A stretch of DNA of 64,000 nt from Azolla caroliniana (lineage: Eukaryota > Plantae > Polypodiophyta). Shown here piece after piece: positions 12,300 through 25,677 of the stretch. The DNA lies in NCBI GenBank assembly GCA_043228905.1, contig JBHGNT010000003.1:682001-746000 (forward strand), read 5' to 3'. A program made the position numbers and the translations under genes. Position 1 is the stretch's first letter. Every line of letters starts with the position of its first letter. The notes under the pieces were generated by a model that was not told the origin of the DNA, did no database searches, and saw only the letters and a program-made list of their open reading frames with translations.

Positions 12300-14617
12300 A
12301 CACCCCTTATTTCAACTTCTCTTTTCCATTCTAATACAACAATCAAGAATAAACAAGTAATTTAGTTTGTAATGAATTACAAAGCTCTCAATTACTTGAT
12401 GGTGCCCACTCAAAAAATGATAAGACATCTTGCCAAGGCCTAACCAATTGTTGAGTACATACAAAATGTCGAATCTTAAGAGGATTACATCTATTGAGCT
12501 ATGATCACCATGATGCTTGAATCTTAGTTTCTCCATGCACCAATCTTTCATGATGAATAAAACATTGCATCATAGATATCCATGGTTGATCTTGTTAACA
12601 CATATCTTGTAATGATGCAAATCAAATGCGTTTCCAAATTCAATATTGCAACACAACCTAACCGTTTGGGAGTAGCCAAATGATCCCATGAAATTCATGT
12701 AACCCCGATCTTTTCTCTCTTCTATCATAACATGGATTGAATAGGTTACGATAATGTTTGTATCCCTCGTAGTACAAGGGAGCAATGGTAAAAAATATAA
12801 TAACATGGGTACCATGATACATTGCACCACTTTGAGTCGCACATGAATTGACCATAATTGAGACTTTCGATACATAAATTTGTTCTTAAATATAGTACGA
12901 ATCCAGTTAATTAATTGAACATTCACAACATCAACACCCAATGTATACCTTGGCCTCATGTAATCCCAACCCTTGCCATTCCAAATATTCCAAATGACTC
13001 TTTGTAAAAAGACATAATGCGAGACTTCCTCCAAATTATATGTAAGCTGAAATTAAGGCAAATTGATCCCAAATTTGCATAGTCCTTCCAAGATTTTCTT
13101 TTGAGGCTTGTAAAAACATAATTGAATCATTAGGAAAGGCTTGAGCAACTATTTGTCCACCAGAAGCAAGATGCAAACCCATAATATCACCCCTAGCTGC
13201 ATAATTGGACAACATTATTGACAAAGGATGTGTACAAATAGTAAATAACAATGGACTAAGCATCACTTGAGACATTGCAATTTGCCTTAAAAAAAGGTCA
13301 ACACCTATGTGGACCAAACCCCATATATATATCATTCATTGGAGAAAAGACTACTTAACATAATCATGTGCTTTTCCAAATCCAATTTTACCCTACTATT
13401 TTCTTGTAGCTTATGTTGAGCATAATCAATAGCCATTTGAACATCCAACGCATTATGAAATATATTTCTGGCTACAATAAAACCATATTGAGTTGGACGA
13501 ATAAATTGTTGAGAATCGACCCGACCACTACCGGTTTATATGTATGTGAATGCGGGTGCAAAGATCGTGTGATCATAGTACACAGACAAAAGAGAACATA
13601 AATAGAAAGACATGATGTTTTACGTGGAAAACCCGAAAGGGAAAAACCACAGGAGCCCACTGACTCCGAAGTAAGTCACTAACTGTAAGAGGAATATAAT
13701 AAGAACCTACAAGGCACCGAAATTGAGTTCTTCTTCATCTAGACAGACGGCTATGGAGAAGTTACTCACTCTCACTCTCTTACCCCCTTAGTTACAGTGG
13801 CATCGACCAACAATAACTTGTTCAATAATGATCAACAACCACAACCTAACTACTTGCCCTAAGTATATATATACTCATATAAATAACAGACTATTTACAA
13901 ATATAGCCTTAATAGGCACATCTAGGCTATTTACAAATATATCCCCGAGTTGGCTTCGACCGATTCAGCTATTAGCCGAATCGATTCAAATTCAATTATT
14001 CGGCCACGACCGAATCGAACAATCGGTTTGATTTTTCAGCGCCAACCGAGTTGCTATCAACCGATTCAGTTCTTTTTTCAACTCGTGCTCCTCTTCCCAT
14101 CCGGAGGGACATGTTTCCTAACATAAATTGAGGTATTTCTTAGGATGGATTCTTGCAGTGTATGTTGAGCATAATCAATAGTCATTTGAACATCCAATGC
14201 GTTATCAAATATATTTCTGGCTACAATAAAACCATATTGAGCTGGACGAATAAATTGCGGTATTTCTTAGGATGAATCAAACCATACTGGGATGGATGAA
14301 TAAATTGAGATGGTATTTCTGAAGTAGGTTGGATAATGTCTTTGCAAACACTTCATGCAACCCTCCTATTAATGAAATCAACCTCCATTGATGAAACAAC
14401 TAAGGAGATGGTACCTTTTGCATTAGTTTGATTAGGCCCACCTTCCAACACTCAAGCTGGAAACTAAAATCCCCACATTGTTGAAACATTTGCTGTGAAT
14501 ATTGGCCTCTTAAGAATGTAACCATATTTCTTCAAGACTTCATTTGTAATACAATCACGACCAGGACTTTCACTATTTGGAAGGTGTAATGATAACTTTT
14601 CCACTTTTGCTTCTTCA
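12300..14617 (-). pseudogene. LINE (L1-like) reverse transcriptase remnant, with a local tandem duplication and a solo-LTR insertion
   Basis: Motifs ESPGRD (KSPGPDG-like), WRLISL, QYGFIVARNIFDN, VKLDLEK, LSPLLF and AFPND (FADD-like). 13413-13506 is duplicated at 14161-14255. Confidence 0.75.
13507..14123 (-). mobile_element. Solo LTR (probably copia-type), 617 bp
   Basis: TGTTGAG...CCTAACA ends, perfect 5-bp TSD TAAAT, and a GTGGAAAACCC..GGAAAAACCAC motif shared with 58808-59456. Confidence 0.9.
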
Positions 14618-14981
14618 TGTCATGATATAGCATGTTACGGCATCAAAAGGATTTGAACCCATGACCTTGTGTCACATGGGTTGAAGCCTTACCATTAAGC
14701 TATATGTTGTAATACAAAAATTATTATTTCCATTTATTATTTCACTTAGGAAATCCGTGTATATTCTAGATTTCTTTGGAACATTCTAGAAATGTCAAGA
14801 GTATTCCTAAGCCACTATAAAAAGTGGCACATGGCATTATTGAGAACCAAATCGGTTCAACGCCAATCTTAAGCCTCCTAGCTATTCCTGTATATTTTCT
14901 TCATATAATATATATCTTTTGTTATCATTATTCTCTCTCTCTCTCTCTCTCTCCTTCTCCCGAGAGTTCTACACCCCTCTT

Positions 14982-16125
14982 TCTTTTTTTTCTTTTTTTT
15001 TTCCATAAAAAATATCCTCCATTGGTATTAACATAAAGTGGCCAAAGGCAATTTACAAAAAAGTCTAGTATTACAAAGAAAAATGCAACATAATTAACTA
15101 GAAAACTTTTGAACACTCATACAACTCTAAGAGTCTCAACAACACTGGGCTCAAGATTTTGGCCTAATCAAGACCACCCCATATAAAACAAATAGCTTCA
15201 CCTACAGAAAACAACACCTCCTCCACCGTAGTGTTGCTCAATGCAAATATCGCATTCAACGCTGCTTCCAAAAGTAACTTTTCAGGGCCATCATGGAAGA
15301 TATGCCCAGAAAATACTGTTTCTACACCTATATACTACTCATCACCATCAAAAAATAGAGGTAAACAACCCCATAAACCAATATGACCAACTGCTTCCAC
15401 TACAGTTCCTGATAGGAGAGGATTTCTTGTTATCTCACGTGTACTTGTCTTAACCAACTTACTCTCCCAACATACACATTTCTGCAAATTTCTTTGGTGA
15501 CTGAGCAGCAACAACTAGAAGTCCATTTGATGCCTTAACATGTAAATCAACAGTTCCATTTACGGCCATGGCATGTTCCAATAGCAACAACATACGTTCA
15601 TCTAGGGATGATCTGTCAGACTCTTTGTATACCATCTTGGCATCTTGCCAATGTCCATGAAAATCCTATATTAACAACAAAAAATTAGTCTAAAAGTTTC
15701 CTCACCCACTCATGATAGTCGACTTCAACCCCCCCACCATCTTCACTCATCCTTATCACAGAAAAAATTTCTTCATTTAGTCCACATCAGCCATCTCACC
15801 GATTAGCATCTTGCCAATGTCCATGAAAATCTTGTATTAACAACAAAAAATTAGTCTAAAAGTTTCCTCACCCACTCATGATAGTCGGCTTTGACCCCCC
15901 CACCATCTTCACACATCCTTATCATAGAAAACATTTCTTCATTCAGTCCACATCAGCCATCTCGCTAATTAGCATCTTGCCAATGTCCACGAAAATCCTG
16001 TATTAACAACAAAAATTTAATCTAAAAGTTTCCTCACCCACTAATGATAGTCGGCTTCGACCCCCCCACCATCTTCACTCATCCTTATCACAGAAAAAAT
16101 TTCTTCATTCACTCCACATCAACCA
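14982..16125 (-). mobile_element. Non-LTR (TPRT-type) retroposed insert with poly(A) tail
   Basis: 17-bp TSD AGTTCTACACCCCTCTT at 14965-14981 and 16126-16142; T-tract at 14982-15002. Confidence 0.8.
15640..16124. repeat. Three tandem ~166-bp monomers
   Basis: GCATCTTGCCAATGTCCA.. starts at ~15640, ~15806 and ~15972. Confidence 0.9.
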
Positions 16126-16491
16126 AGTTCTACACCCCTCTTAGTACTAATCCTCATCTTTTAGTACTAATTCCCTCTCTGTCTTAGTACTATTCCTGAC
16201 AGTTTGAACCGATTTTGTCCTTCCTTCTATCTTCTTACTTGTCCCTCCTTTCTCTAATACTATGGCAACTGTTAGCGCTCAAGAATATCAATTCGTTTTC
16301 TCATAGTTGCAATGTGTTACCCGTTCCTTTGGGTGAACACCTTCAATAGACCTGCGACTATCGGTATCCAAGGGCGTGGTACGTGAAGGCTCGTAACAGA
16401 GGCGTCGTGAGGGAGAAAATGATCAGAGATAAAACACTAGCGAGATCTTGATAGGCGTGGGCGGCGCTGAAATCATAAGTATGAGCCAAAG

Positions 16492-16956
16492 TATTAGAGA
16501 TTAGGTACTAAAGTAAGCATAAAATAAGGATATATCAATGATAGATCTAGAAAGAATAGAGAGAAAAGAGAGAAAGAAGGGTGCCGATCCACCCGACCAC
16601 CCCCGAGCGAAGGGATCAAGACGGACTCGAGCCTCGATCGGCGTCCCATACCACCGCCTTGGCGTCGAGTCGTACCTGGACGATAGCGCGCTTGCTACAA
16701 GAGTCGTTCCACTCACGGACAGAGTCTCGACGTAGTCAATGCATGCCCCAATGAGGGTAGCTAGGCCTCTTATTTATAGTAATTCTCAAGGCCCCCAGCC
16801 ATGTTCACACTTGGCCTCATGGGTTGTCTCAATCCCGAGGATTAAAAGTAATCCTCCCCTTCTTTAGACTCTTTGTTTAACCCTCACACTTATCCACGTG
16901 TATAGAATACTACGACAATTCTCACCACGGGATATTATATGGTCATGCCCGTAACA
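16492..16956 (-). repeat. 3' LTR of the chromovirus
   Basis: Direct repeat of 23076-23540; PPT AAAGAGGGGGAGTA at 16957-16970 (-). Confidence 0.96.
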
Positions 16957-19900
16957 TACTCCCCCTCTTTAAAACATTGCACTCTTGCAATGGAAAGTTA
17001 GGGAATTTAGTTCTGAGAGTCGTTTCGCATTCCCATGTGGCATCTTTGATTGATTTATCCATCCATTTTATTTTAAATTCTCGGATTTCCTTAGCACGTA
17101 ATTTTTTTGTTTTAACATCGAGAATTCTTTCTGGTACATGTGGTTTAGAAGATAAATCTTCAGAAGTAACCAGAGTTTCAGTTGTAACTGTATTGTCGCC
17201 AGAACCTAGAAGTTCTTTTAGACGACTTACATGAAAGACTAGATGGATTCCAACACCATCGGGAAGAGCGAGACGATAGACTGATGATCCAATGCGTTTG
17301 AGGACTGTAAAAGGTCCACAAAACCGTGGGGCTAACTTAGCGCACTTACCCGTAGACAATGTCTTAGAATTGTGAGGTACACGTAAAAATACCTTCTGTC
17401 CAGGGCTGAATACACGAGGTTGCCTGTGATGATCGGCATAAAAACGCGCTCTATCTTGAGCTGTTTTTATATTATCCCGTGCAATATGCAACATATCTTG
17501 CATATCCCGAAGAAAGTTTTGCGTACTTCGCAACTCATCATGATGTATATTAACATCAATCGGGGCTCGTGGCTGAAATCCATACATCAACATAAAAGGA
17601 CTATATCCCGTCGACGTATGCTTGGAGCTGTTATAAGCAAACTCCAAAATTGGGAGGTAACGTTCCCATTTTGTTGGTTTTGCACCAACGTATGCTCGAA
17701 GCATGTCCTCAATAATTTGATTTACTCGTTCTGTCTGTCCATCGGATTGAGGATGATCCGTGGAGCTCATGCTCAACGTAGTTTCTAACTTCTTAAAGAC
17801 TTGCGTCCAGAAGTCACTAGTAAACTTCGGATCTCGGTCACTCACGATATCCATCGGTAACCCGTAAAAACGAAATAACTCATCAACGAATTGGTAAGCC
17901 AATTCAGGAGCTGTTACCGTGGTTTTAGTAGCAATAAATCTGGCCATTTTAGTTAGTCTGTCAACCACAACCCATATGGCATCATGACCTTTTTGGGTGC
18001 GAGGAAGGCTAACAATAAAATCCATGGATATACTTTCCCACTTATTATTGGGAATGTCCAAGGGATGTAAAAGTCCTGCGGCTTTAAGTCGCTCGGCTTT
18101 GTTAACCTGACATTGGTGACATTTAGTCACATAGCTATGTATGTCAGGACGCATCTTAGGCCAATAAAATTGAGTGGAGATGAGAACGAGTGTACGATGT
18201 ATTCCAGGGTGCCCTGCTGAGGGTGCATCATGGCATTCAAAAAGAATTCTCTTTTTGACCTCAGGTAAATCTGGAACACAAACCTTCCCATTACGGTAGA
18301 GCAGACCGTTAGCAATGTGGAAGTATTCCTTCGAGGGTGTGGTGGTGTCTGTTCCAGACTCGACTCTTGCCCAGTATTTTGCAAAATAATTGTCATCAAG
18401 ATACTTTCCTCGAAGGTGATCATAAAGATCTGATGTTATTTCAGTGAAGCTAAGCATGTTAACTTCACGGATGCGACTTAGTGCATCAGCGACAGTATTC
18501 ATGGAACCTTTACGATATCGTATGGAAAAATCAAAGTCCTGGATGAGATCAGCCCATCGTGCCTTACGACCTTTCAGGTCTTGTTGGTCACAAAAATATT
18601 TCAAGGACTCGTGGTCCGTAGTTACCACAAAGCGATTTCCATAAAGATAATGGCGCCATGTTTTGAGCGCATGTATAACCGCAAATAATTCCTTTTCTTG
18701 AACGGTATACCGACATTGAGCAGAATCAAGTTTCTTACTCTCGAATGCTATTGGTTTACCATCTTGATACAAGACAGCACCTATAGCATAATCGCTTGCG
18801 TCGGTTTCAACCTCAAAAGGTTTTGAAGGATCGGGTAAAAGAAGTGAAGGAGCCTTGCATACCAAGTCCTTGAGTTCCTTAAAGGCGAGGTCTAGTGTAG
18901 CATTCCACACAATAGGTTTTGTAGACTTACGCGTTTGACCTTTTAGAAGATCAGTAAACGGCGTCGTCAATTGTGAGTAATTACGAAGAGATTTTCGCAA
19001 AAATCCGACAAAACCAAGGAATGATCGAACTTCTCGAATATTCCGAAGAGTGGGCCAAAGCTTGATTTTCTCGATGCGAGAAGGATCAATTTCAACTCCT
19101 CGTTCGGTTATGAGATGTCCAAGATAAGTAATTGATTTCTTGAAGAACTCACATTTTGAGATCTTCGCGTAAAATTGTTTGTCACGCAATATTTGTAAAA
19201 CAAAGCGGACATGTCTAGCATGTTCTTGTAATGTACGGCTATAAACTAAAATATCATCTAAGAAGATAACGACAAATTTTCCAAGTTGTTCTCGGAAAAT
19301 GTCATTCATTTCTTGTTGAAATGTAGCCGGAGCATTGGTCAAACCAAAAGGCATAACCAAAAACTCATAATGGCCGTAGCGCGTACGAAATGTTGTTTTA
19401 GGAACATCGTCCTCACTTATTCGTATTTGATGGTAGCCAGTACGGAGATCAAGTTTCGTAAAATACCGAGCTCCCTGGAGACGGTCAATTAGATCGTCAG
19501 CCCGGGGCAATGGGTACGAATTCTTGATCGTCACTTTATTCAAGCGTCGGTAATTAATACACATACGCCATGTGCCCTCTTTCTTTTTAACCAAGAGAAC
19601 TGGTGCACCCCATGGAGATTTACTATAACGTATATAACCCATTCGTAAATAGTCCTTAAGTTGCTTAGCTACCTCATCCTCTTCAGATCGACTTAGGCGA
19701 TACGGAGGTATACTAATGGGTGCAATGCCAGGTACAATATCTATACGATGGTCTATATTACGTTTAGGAGGTAAACCATCGGGTAGTTCACTCGGAAAAA
19801 CATCACGAAAATCGTTTACGATTTCATCAAGTTGTTTTTGTTCAAAATATGTTAATTGACCCGAGACATTATCGATATTGTAAACGTGAATGTCCGGATC

Positions 19901-21466
19901 AAGTACACAATAAAATAACGTAGAACAAGACAACTCGGATATTGATGGACACGAGGAAACAATCGAGAGGGATTGTTTTGTTACACATTGAATAAAATGC
20001 GTACAATCGTTGAGTACAAAAGAAATGGAATGGCGAACCCAATCAATAAATAAAGAAGAGCTTTTATTATAAAACCAGGGATAACCGAGTATTACATCGG
20101 TGGTACTAAGATTCATTACATGGAAGTCTACTTCCTCTATATAGGTATCAATAGAAATTCCTAAAGAATGAATCGCCCCGTTGATGTGTTGTACTCTTCC
20201 ATCAGCCAAGTGCACCGTGTAGGTGTGATCACTTACGGTGGGTTGGATTCCCCATATCTGTACCAAACGATCATTCACAAAATTGTGTGAGCTTCCCGAA
20301 TCAAATAAAAATTGTACGGGAGATCCATTGATATACCCGTTTGCACGTAGTAAATCATTGGGACCCAATACATAATGAGGGAAAGAACATTGACAATTAC
20401 TCAAATGATGTGTATAGACCTGAAGGACATTAGGAATCTGACCTTTATGGTCTGTAGCTTTAGGTTTGGCGTCGTGCTCTTTTCGTTGGAGCTTACGACA
20501 TTGCTCTTTTGTATGACCCTTCTTTTTGCAGAATACGCAAAAAGGATGTTGTCGCTTATAATCGCGATCCATGAATTCGTTGGGTGTCTTGCGTTTCCCA
20601 ACGAATTGCGACTGCTTAGTCCCGGGCGCTTCGTTGGGTTTGTTATGGTCCTTCTTCGAAGTGCGTTGATAGCGAAGAACTATCTCAACGGCCTCTTCGA
20701 AGGATTTTGGATCCTTATCGTGCACTATCCAGTGATAGTCCGAATTGGGGATGCCATTGACAAAACAAGCTATTAACCAATTGTCCCCTTCTAGACCCGA
20801 TTTTTGGATTTGGGTTCTAGCATGGTGGACATAATCTTCTAGCGAGGAAAACTTCCTGCTAGAGAGGTTCATTAAAGCTTGTGCTGCCTCGGTTCGAGAG
20901 GGAGGTTGTAGAAATTGACCCTTGAAAACTGTGACAAAGTCTGTCCAGGTCTCGGGCAATCTCCCCAAAGTTCGGAGCCCACGCCACCAAGCGGCGGCCT
21001 TACCCCCTAGTTCTCGGCCGACATATGCAATCTTCGTACTATCTGGCGTGGGATAGAGCTCAAAATGAGACTCCCATCGGCCCAGCCACGTGCAGATTGC
21101 TTCTTCGGTTCTTTCCTTTTTATCTCCCGTAAATGGCTTTACGACAAATGATGGTTCACCCTGACGCTCATCAGGTCTATTAATCTCATTTTGGAGACTA
21201 ATGACTCGTGCCTCGAGAGCACTTTGAGATTGCCGAAATTCGGTCAACTGCTGCGCGGTTGAACTAAGGAAATGTTGTACTTGTAAAATATACGCCTCAA
21301 TGGACATTGTCCTAGGAGGATTTCCTTGAGGTCTTTCCGCTTGAGCGGAGGGCATCGGGTCGTTATTCTGAGCCATTGAATGATTATTTCTGGCAAAGAA
21401 ATAAGATAAGGTCAGACAAATAGTCATAACATCTTGTCGTGGTGTAAACATATCATGGGCAAACAT
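16943..21466 (-). CDS. gag-pol: Gag-Pol polyprotein (gag, CCHC, protease, RT, RNase H, integrase, chromodomain); start may be Met at 21376
   Basis: [58 protein letters not shown] and PERILD..IKW..ATWE; no internal stops. Confidence 0.96.
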   Translation of the reverse strand: MFAHDMFTPRQDVMTICLTLSYFFARNNHSMAQNNDPMPSAQAERPQGNPPRTMSIEAYILQVQHFLSSTAQQLTEFRQSQSALEARVISLQNEINRPDERQGEPSFVVKPFTGDKKERTEEAICTWLGRWESHFELYPTPDSTKIAYVGRELGGKAAAWWRGLRTLGRLPETWTDFVTVFKGQFLQPPSRTEAAQALMNLSSRKFSSLEDYVHHARTQIQKSGLEGDNWLIACFVNGIPNSDYHWIVHDKDPKSFEEAVEIVLRYQRTSKKDHNKPNEAPGTKQSQFVGKRKTPNEFMDRDYKRQHPFCVFCKKKGHTKEQCRKLQRKEHDAKPKATDHKGQIPNVLQVYTHHLSNCQCSFPHYVLGPNDLLRANGYINGSPVQFLFDSGSSHNFVNDRLVQIWGIQPTVSDHTYTVHLADGRVQHINGAIHSLGISIDTYIEEVDFHVMNLSTTDVILGYPWFYNKSSSLFIDWVRHSISFVLNDCTHFIQCVTKQSLSIVSSCPSISELSCSTLFYCVLDPDIHVYNIDNVSGQLTYFEQKQLDEIVNDFRDVFPSELPDGLPPKRNIDHRIDIVPGIAPISIPPYRLSRSEEDEVAKQLKDYLRMGYIRYSKSPWGAPVLLVKKKEGTWRMCINYRRLNKVTIKNSYPLPRADDLIDRLQGARYFTKLDLRTGYHQIRISEDDVPKTTFRTRYGHYEFLVMPFGLTNAPATFQQEMNDIFREQLGKFVVIFLDDILVYSRTLQEHARHVRFVLQILRDKQFYAKISKCEFFKKSITYLGHLITERGVEIDPSRIEKIKLWPTLRNIREVRSFLGFVGFLRKSLRNYSQLTTPFTDLLKGQTRKSTKPIVWNATLDLAFKELKDLVCKAPSLLLPDPSKPFEVETDASDYAIGAVLYQDGKPIAFESKKLDSAQCRYTVQEKELFAVIHALKTWRHYLYGNRFVVTTDHESLKYFCDQQDLKGRKARWADLIQDFDFSIRYRKGSMNTVADALSRIREVNMLSFTEITSDLYDHLRGKYLDDNYFAKYWARVESGTDTTTPSKEYFHIANGLLYRNGKVCVPDLPEVKKRILFECHDAPSAGHPGIHRTLVLISTQFYWPKMRPDIHSYVTKCHQCQVNKAERLKAAGLLHPLDIPNNKWESISMDFIVSLPRTQKGHDAIWVVVDRLTKMARFIATKTTVTAPELAYQFVDELFRFYGLPMDIVSDRDPKFTSDFWTQVFKKLETTLSMSSTDHPQSDGQTERVNQIIEDMLRAYVGAKPTKWERYLPILEFAYNSSKHTSTGYSPFMLMYGFQPRAPIDVNIHHDELRSTQNFLRDMQDMLHIARDNIKTAQDRARFYADHHRQPRVFSPGQKVFLRVPHNSKTLSTGKCAKLAPRFCGPFTVLKRIGSSVYRLALPDGVGIHLVFHVSRLKELLGSGDNTVTTETLVTSEDLSSKPHVPERILDVKTKKLRAKEIREFKIKWMDKSIKDATWECETTLRTKFPNFPLQECNVLKRGSMLRA

Positions 21467-23061
21467 TAATCGATATCATGATCTCACGTCAATACCCCTC
21501 TAGACGTATGAGATGAGGTTCAAGATCAGGTTACTATGGTAACACAGAGGTGTTTTAAAAACCATGGGGGTGACAAATGAATGCCTTTCCCTGATCTCTA
21601 TATCGATTTTTTTCATGGCGGCTCCCCGAGGCTCAACCATGTATGTTCGCGTCATGAATAGTTTATACACGAAAAAAATGTTAACAATAACTATGTTTCT
21701 GTGCCCACATATGTGGTTTCGGCTCTTTAAGTCCTATTACGAGGACCCCAAAGTGCACTTAGACCTAAAGTCTAAACATGTATTATAGTCATATGTATCA
21801 ACGATGTTGTATGGTGTTGGTCATATTTGAACTCGAGACCTCGAGGACAAATACATTAAACACTTGAGCCAACCAAGTAGATTGCGCGTCTTGAATGTTT
21901 AATGTTTGAGGCGTATTCGAGATATGCGAGGCATTTGCCCCTATATGTTTTTTTTTAAAAGAAACATATAGGTCAAGTGGCCTTATTTCTCCCTCATTTA
22001 TTACCCACTATGGTTGTACGCTACCTACCCTCAAGCCTCGTAAGTACAATGGCATATGCCAAAGTGTAACCTAATGGTCAAGCCGAATGAGCCCTTGTGT
22101 CTTCGTAGGCTCATGTGGCCCATCACATGGTCACGTCATTACGAATGGCGCTCGTAAGAACGAGCTCATGGTGGCATCGTATCCATGTAACGAGGGGAGA
22201 TGTTGGATACGTGTGTCATTAGAGCGACCCTACTTGATGTGGATCAAGCCCGACGTATTCAACATCATTTTGGCTATACGAGGTTCGTTACGTAACGAAA
22301 GATCAAAGTGACCAACGGGAATTTCAACAATAAAAATTGTTGATAAAAGGGATGGTGACAACGCCATTCTCACAAAAATGTGAGGACGGCCACCAAAATC
22401 CTCTCCCCAATTAGGAAAACATTTGATATGGATCACGTAATCTAAAATATACACATATGTCAATATATCACATATATACGATCAGAGACGTATATAAGTG
22501 ACCACATATGCGTATACTAAATGAATCGTTTTTTTTATATAGCCAACAATGATGTATTCGGGATACGTAATCGAGGCATATACCTCTACGCACACGAAAC
22601 ATCCGAAAATAAGGTTAAGCGTAATTCGCAATTGAGGTATTGACCTCTTACGCATAGTAAATCCAACGCATATCATTTCGAACGAAGCGAGGTATTGACC
22701 TCGTACGCGAACGTAACATATGTTCGTGAACGTAATACGCAATTGAGGTAATAACCTCGTACGCATACGACACTCATCACATATGATTTATATGTCAAAC
22801 GAGGTATTGACCTCGTGGACATATGTAAATGTTTAAGATAACCAATTAAATACCACGTCAACATCATTGAATATATGAAAAAAAAACTACATATTAAGTA
22901 TACACATGTATAGAAGGGAGAAGAAAAATTAGATAAAAAATTAAGGAAAATTTACCGAAGTTCTTTCGCTAATCCTTGTCTGCATGAAGGCGACCGCACA
23001 ACGATCAATCGCCATCCCACGCGAAGACAAAAAGAAAACCAAAAGAAACGTTAGTACATAG

Positions 23062-23073
23062 GCTCTGATACCA
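23062..23073 (-). promoter_or_regulatory. Primer-binding site, tRNA-iMet
   Basis: TGGTATCAGAGC, 2 nt after the 5' LTR. Confidence 0.95.
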
Positions 23074-23075
23074 AA

Positions 23076-23540
23076 TATTAGAGATTAGGTACTAAAGTAA
23101 GCATAAAATAAGGATATATCAATGATAGATCTAGAAAGAATAGAGAGAAAAGAGAGAAAGAAGGGTGCCGATCCACCCGACCACCCCCAAGCGAAGGGAT
23201 CGAGACGGACTCGAGCCTCGATCGGCGTCCCATACCACCGCCTTGGCGTCGAGTCGTACCTGGACGATAGCGCGCTTGCTACAAGAGTCGTTCCACTCAC
23301 GGACAGAGTCTCGACGTAGTCGATGCATGCCCCAATGAGGGTAGCTAGGCCTCTTATTTATAGTAATTCTCAAGGCCCCCAGCCATGTTCACACTTGGCC
23401 TCATGGGTTGTCTCAATCCCGAGGATTAAAAGTAATCCTCCCCTTCTTTAGACTCTTTGTTTAACCCTCACACTTATCCACGTGTATAGAATACTACGAC
23501 AATTCTCACCACGGGATATTATATGGTCATGCCCGTAACA
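23076..23540 (-). repeat. 5' LTR of the chromovirus (TG...TA ends)
   Basis: Direct repeat of 16492-16956, followed by the PBS. Confidence 0.96.
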
Positions 23541-24023
23541 CAAAGCACAGACACATGGAGCAAAATGGGCACAAATCAGATATATTACTGCAACACCAAA
23601 AGGATTACAGAACACGGCCTACGGCCGGTGACCTTACAGGATTATCTAGTTACGATGGACTAAGCTAGTGCTTCCGCCTATATTTTCTGCTCTCGCTCTG
23701 AGGTACTGAACCTCGTTTAAATAACGTTTCCCCTAATACACAACCGAGCCGTCGGTGGCCCGTGATACTCGGACTCGGCGCTCGCTGGCATTCTTTCCTA
23801 CTCGGTTACACTACCGCTGTTTGCTAATTTCCTAATTTTACATTTCTGTCCTCTGGACAACACCTGGCACGCCTGTGGGACAGGACCTTGTCCGTCGGAC
23901 CCATGACTTACAAAATACTAACAACATTACAAAAGTTGCCTTTTAGGCGTGATCCTCGTTTCATTCCTCTTTTAAGATGTCGAGGATGTTTTCAGGGTCC
24001 GGGGTGGTGGCAAGGTGGTCTGG

Positions 24024-25677
24024 TTAGACTGTCGGTGCGGGGGGTTGAGTTTGGTCCGGGGGTGTCATATCCTCTCGGGCGTCCGCCTCAGGTGCGACCG
24101 ATTCTTCTAGTGGTGGTGTGGGTTCGAGGGCGCTGACCTCTACTTCGACTGGATCTGGTATTGTGTGGGAGTCCTCGGGAGGTCTGTTGGCCGGGGCGAG
24201 TTCCTCCTGTGCCGTGTCTGTGATCTCCTCGCTGGGAGGTTCTTCCTTCTGCTCTGTGGCCGTTGGAGGGCTGGTTGGGATGGCTGCGAGTCGTTCTCGT
24301 TCGAAGGCTTCTGCTTCCAGGCGAAACAACATCTGATCGTCATTGAAGTCCTCCAGTATTTGCTCGATTGCCGTGGTGTGAGATTTTGCCAAGGACTGGT
24401 AATCCTCGGTTAAATCTGCACGTAGGTTTTGTATGCTGGCTTCGTCCATTTTGTAAAAGTCGCGGCCCTCCTTCCGTTGGTTCTCGGCGTCGGCGCGTAA
24501 AATATGCAATTCAACAGCTTGGGATGCCCATTCTTCTCTTGTGCGACATAATGTTTCCTCAACCTTTTTGGTGAGATGCTGGCGCTGTTTCTCGATCAAT
24601 ATTCTGATGCGTGTCTCATCCATGCCAGGTTGTGCTCGGACGGCTGCCAATTCCTCTTTTAAGCCGTTGACCTCGGTCTGAAGCTTCTTTGCGAGTAGTT
24701 CATAGGTGGCTTGAGTGTTCTTTGCGTCTGCGGTTATGAGCTGGATAGACTGCTCGTAATGCTTGGTGAGCTCTTCGGTAGCTTTCTCCCATTCTTTTTG
24801 ACACGCGGCCCGGACTTGTTCCCGTTCGACGATTCTCTCTTCTTGTAGGGCGAAGTAGGAATCAGATAATTCGTCTTTTTGCTCCGAAAGTAGCTTGCAT
24901 TTGATGAAAAACTCGTCAGCCATTTCTTTAAGGGTCGTACGCTAACTCTGCATCTCGACATTCTCCGCGATCATTCTCTCCTCCCGTTGGCGATTTCTTT
25001 CCTCTTGCCGGTGGTTCCAGTCTTTCGCATTGTCGAGTGCGGCCTGTAGGTCTAGGACCTCCTTCTCTTTCTCTGCCACTGTGGCCGCGTATTCCTCCAA
25101 CTTGCTTTTGAGTTCTGCTTCTTTGCCCGCGGCTTGCGCTTGTACCCGGCCCAGGGCTTCGTTCTGCTCGTGTATCCTTTGGTTGGCCTGGGCTCTAATC
25201 TCGGCCATCTGTTTGGAAGCTTCTTCTTTAAAGCGAGCCATGGCCTCTTGATGTTGTTGTTCGTGTCTCTCGGTCCACTGTTGTTCTTCTTTAAGCTCCG
25301 CTCGGTAATCCTGGAGCGGGGGTTCTGTCTGGGTTGCCACCTCCTTGGGTGGACGAGGGGGTGGTATCTCGGTCTTCTCCCTGGGCATGGCCGCCTCGGT
25401 TGTTGTGCAGACATCGACCATTTGTAACGAGTCCGTTAGTGTGCTGGTCTGGATCGTCAGGATTGAATCCGTGACGGTGCTTTCATCTATCATTGTTATG
25501 CGTGGAGGGGCTGGGAGGGCCTCGGTGGTCGTGGCCAGAAGGCTCAAGAGTTGTTGTTCCGGCCAGTTTTGCTCCCAGGCTGCCAGTTTCTGTTTCACAG
25601 CGTGCCATAATTCCGTAGCCACCTTAGCCTGTTTTTGGGATGTTTTTATCTTTCGGGCCATGTCTTTGGCTGCTCGT
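24024..25677 (-). pseudogene. Extra 3' ORF of Y, C-terminal coiled-coil part
   Basis: ORFs 24942..25757 and 24024..24923 are E/K/Q/A-rich helical. W...A.EL..LRAD..NQRKEG.D.Y..DDQ..F aligns with 40976..41407. Confidence 0.75.

Larger units (their letters stand above)
14618..16312 (+). mobile_element. Old Tcn1-like chromovirus: 5' LTR (14618-16201, interrupted), priming site and first ~17 gag codons
   Basis: Colinear homology to LTR 46449-46877; TGTCA..TGACA ends; ATG at 16262 gives MATVSAQEYQ, as at 46946. Confidence 0.85.
16492..23540 (-). mobile_element. Full-length, apparently intact Ty3/gypsy chromovirus
   Basis: 465-bp LTRs (3 differences seen), TSD CAAAG, tRNA-iMet PBS, PPT and a single 1507-aa gag-pol ORF ending in a chromodomain. 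Confidence 0.97.

Noticed and set aside
14645-14710. Functional tRNA gene (also 46455-46520 and 51652-51717)
   Set aside because: A/B boxes are present, but acceptor, anticodon and T stems do not pair convincingly. Reported as a promoter-like relic.
22573-22814. CRISPR-like spaced palindromic repeats
   Set aside because: Repeats are only 14 bp, spacers are related to each other, there are no cas genes, and the array is inside a eukaryotic retrotransposon leader.
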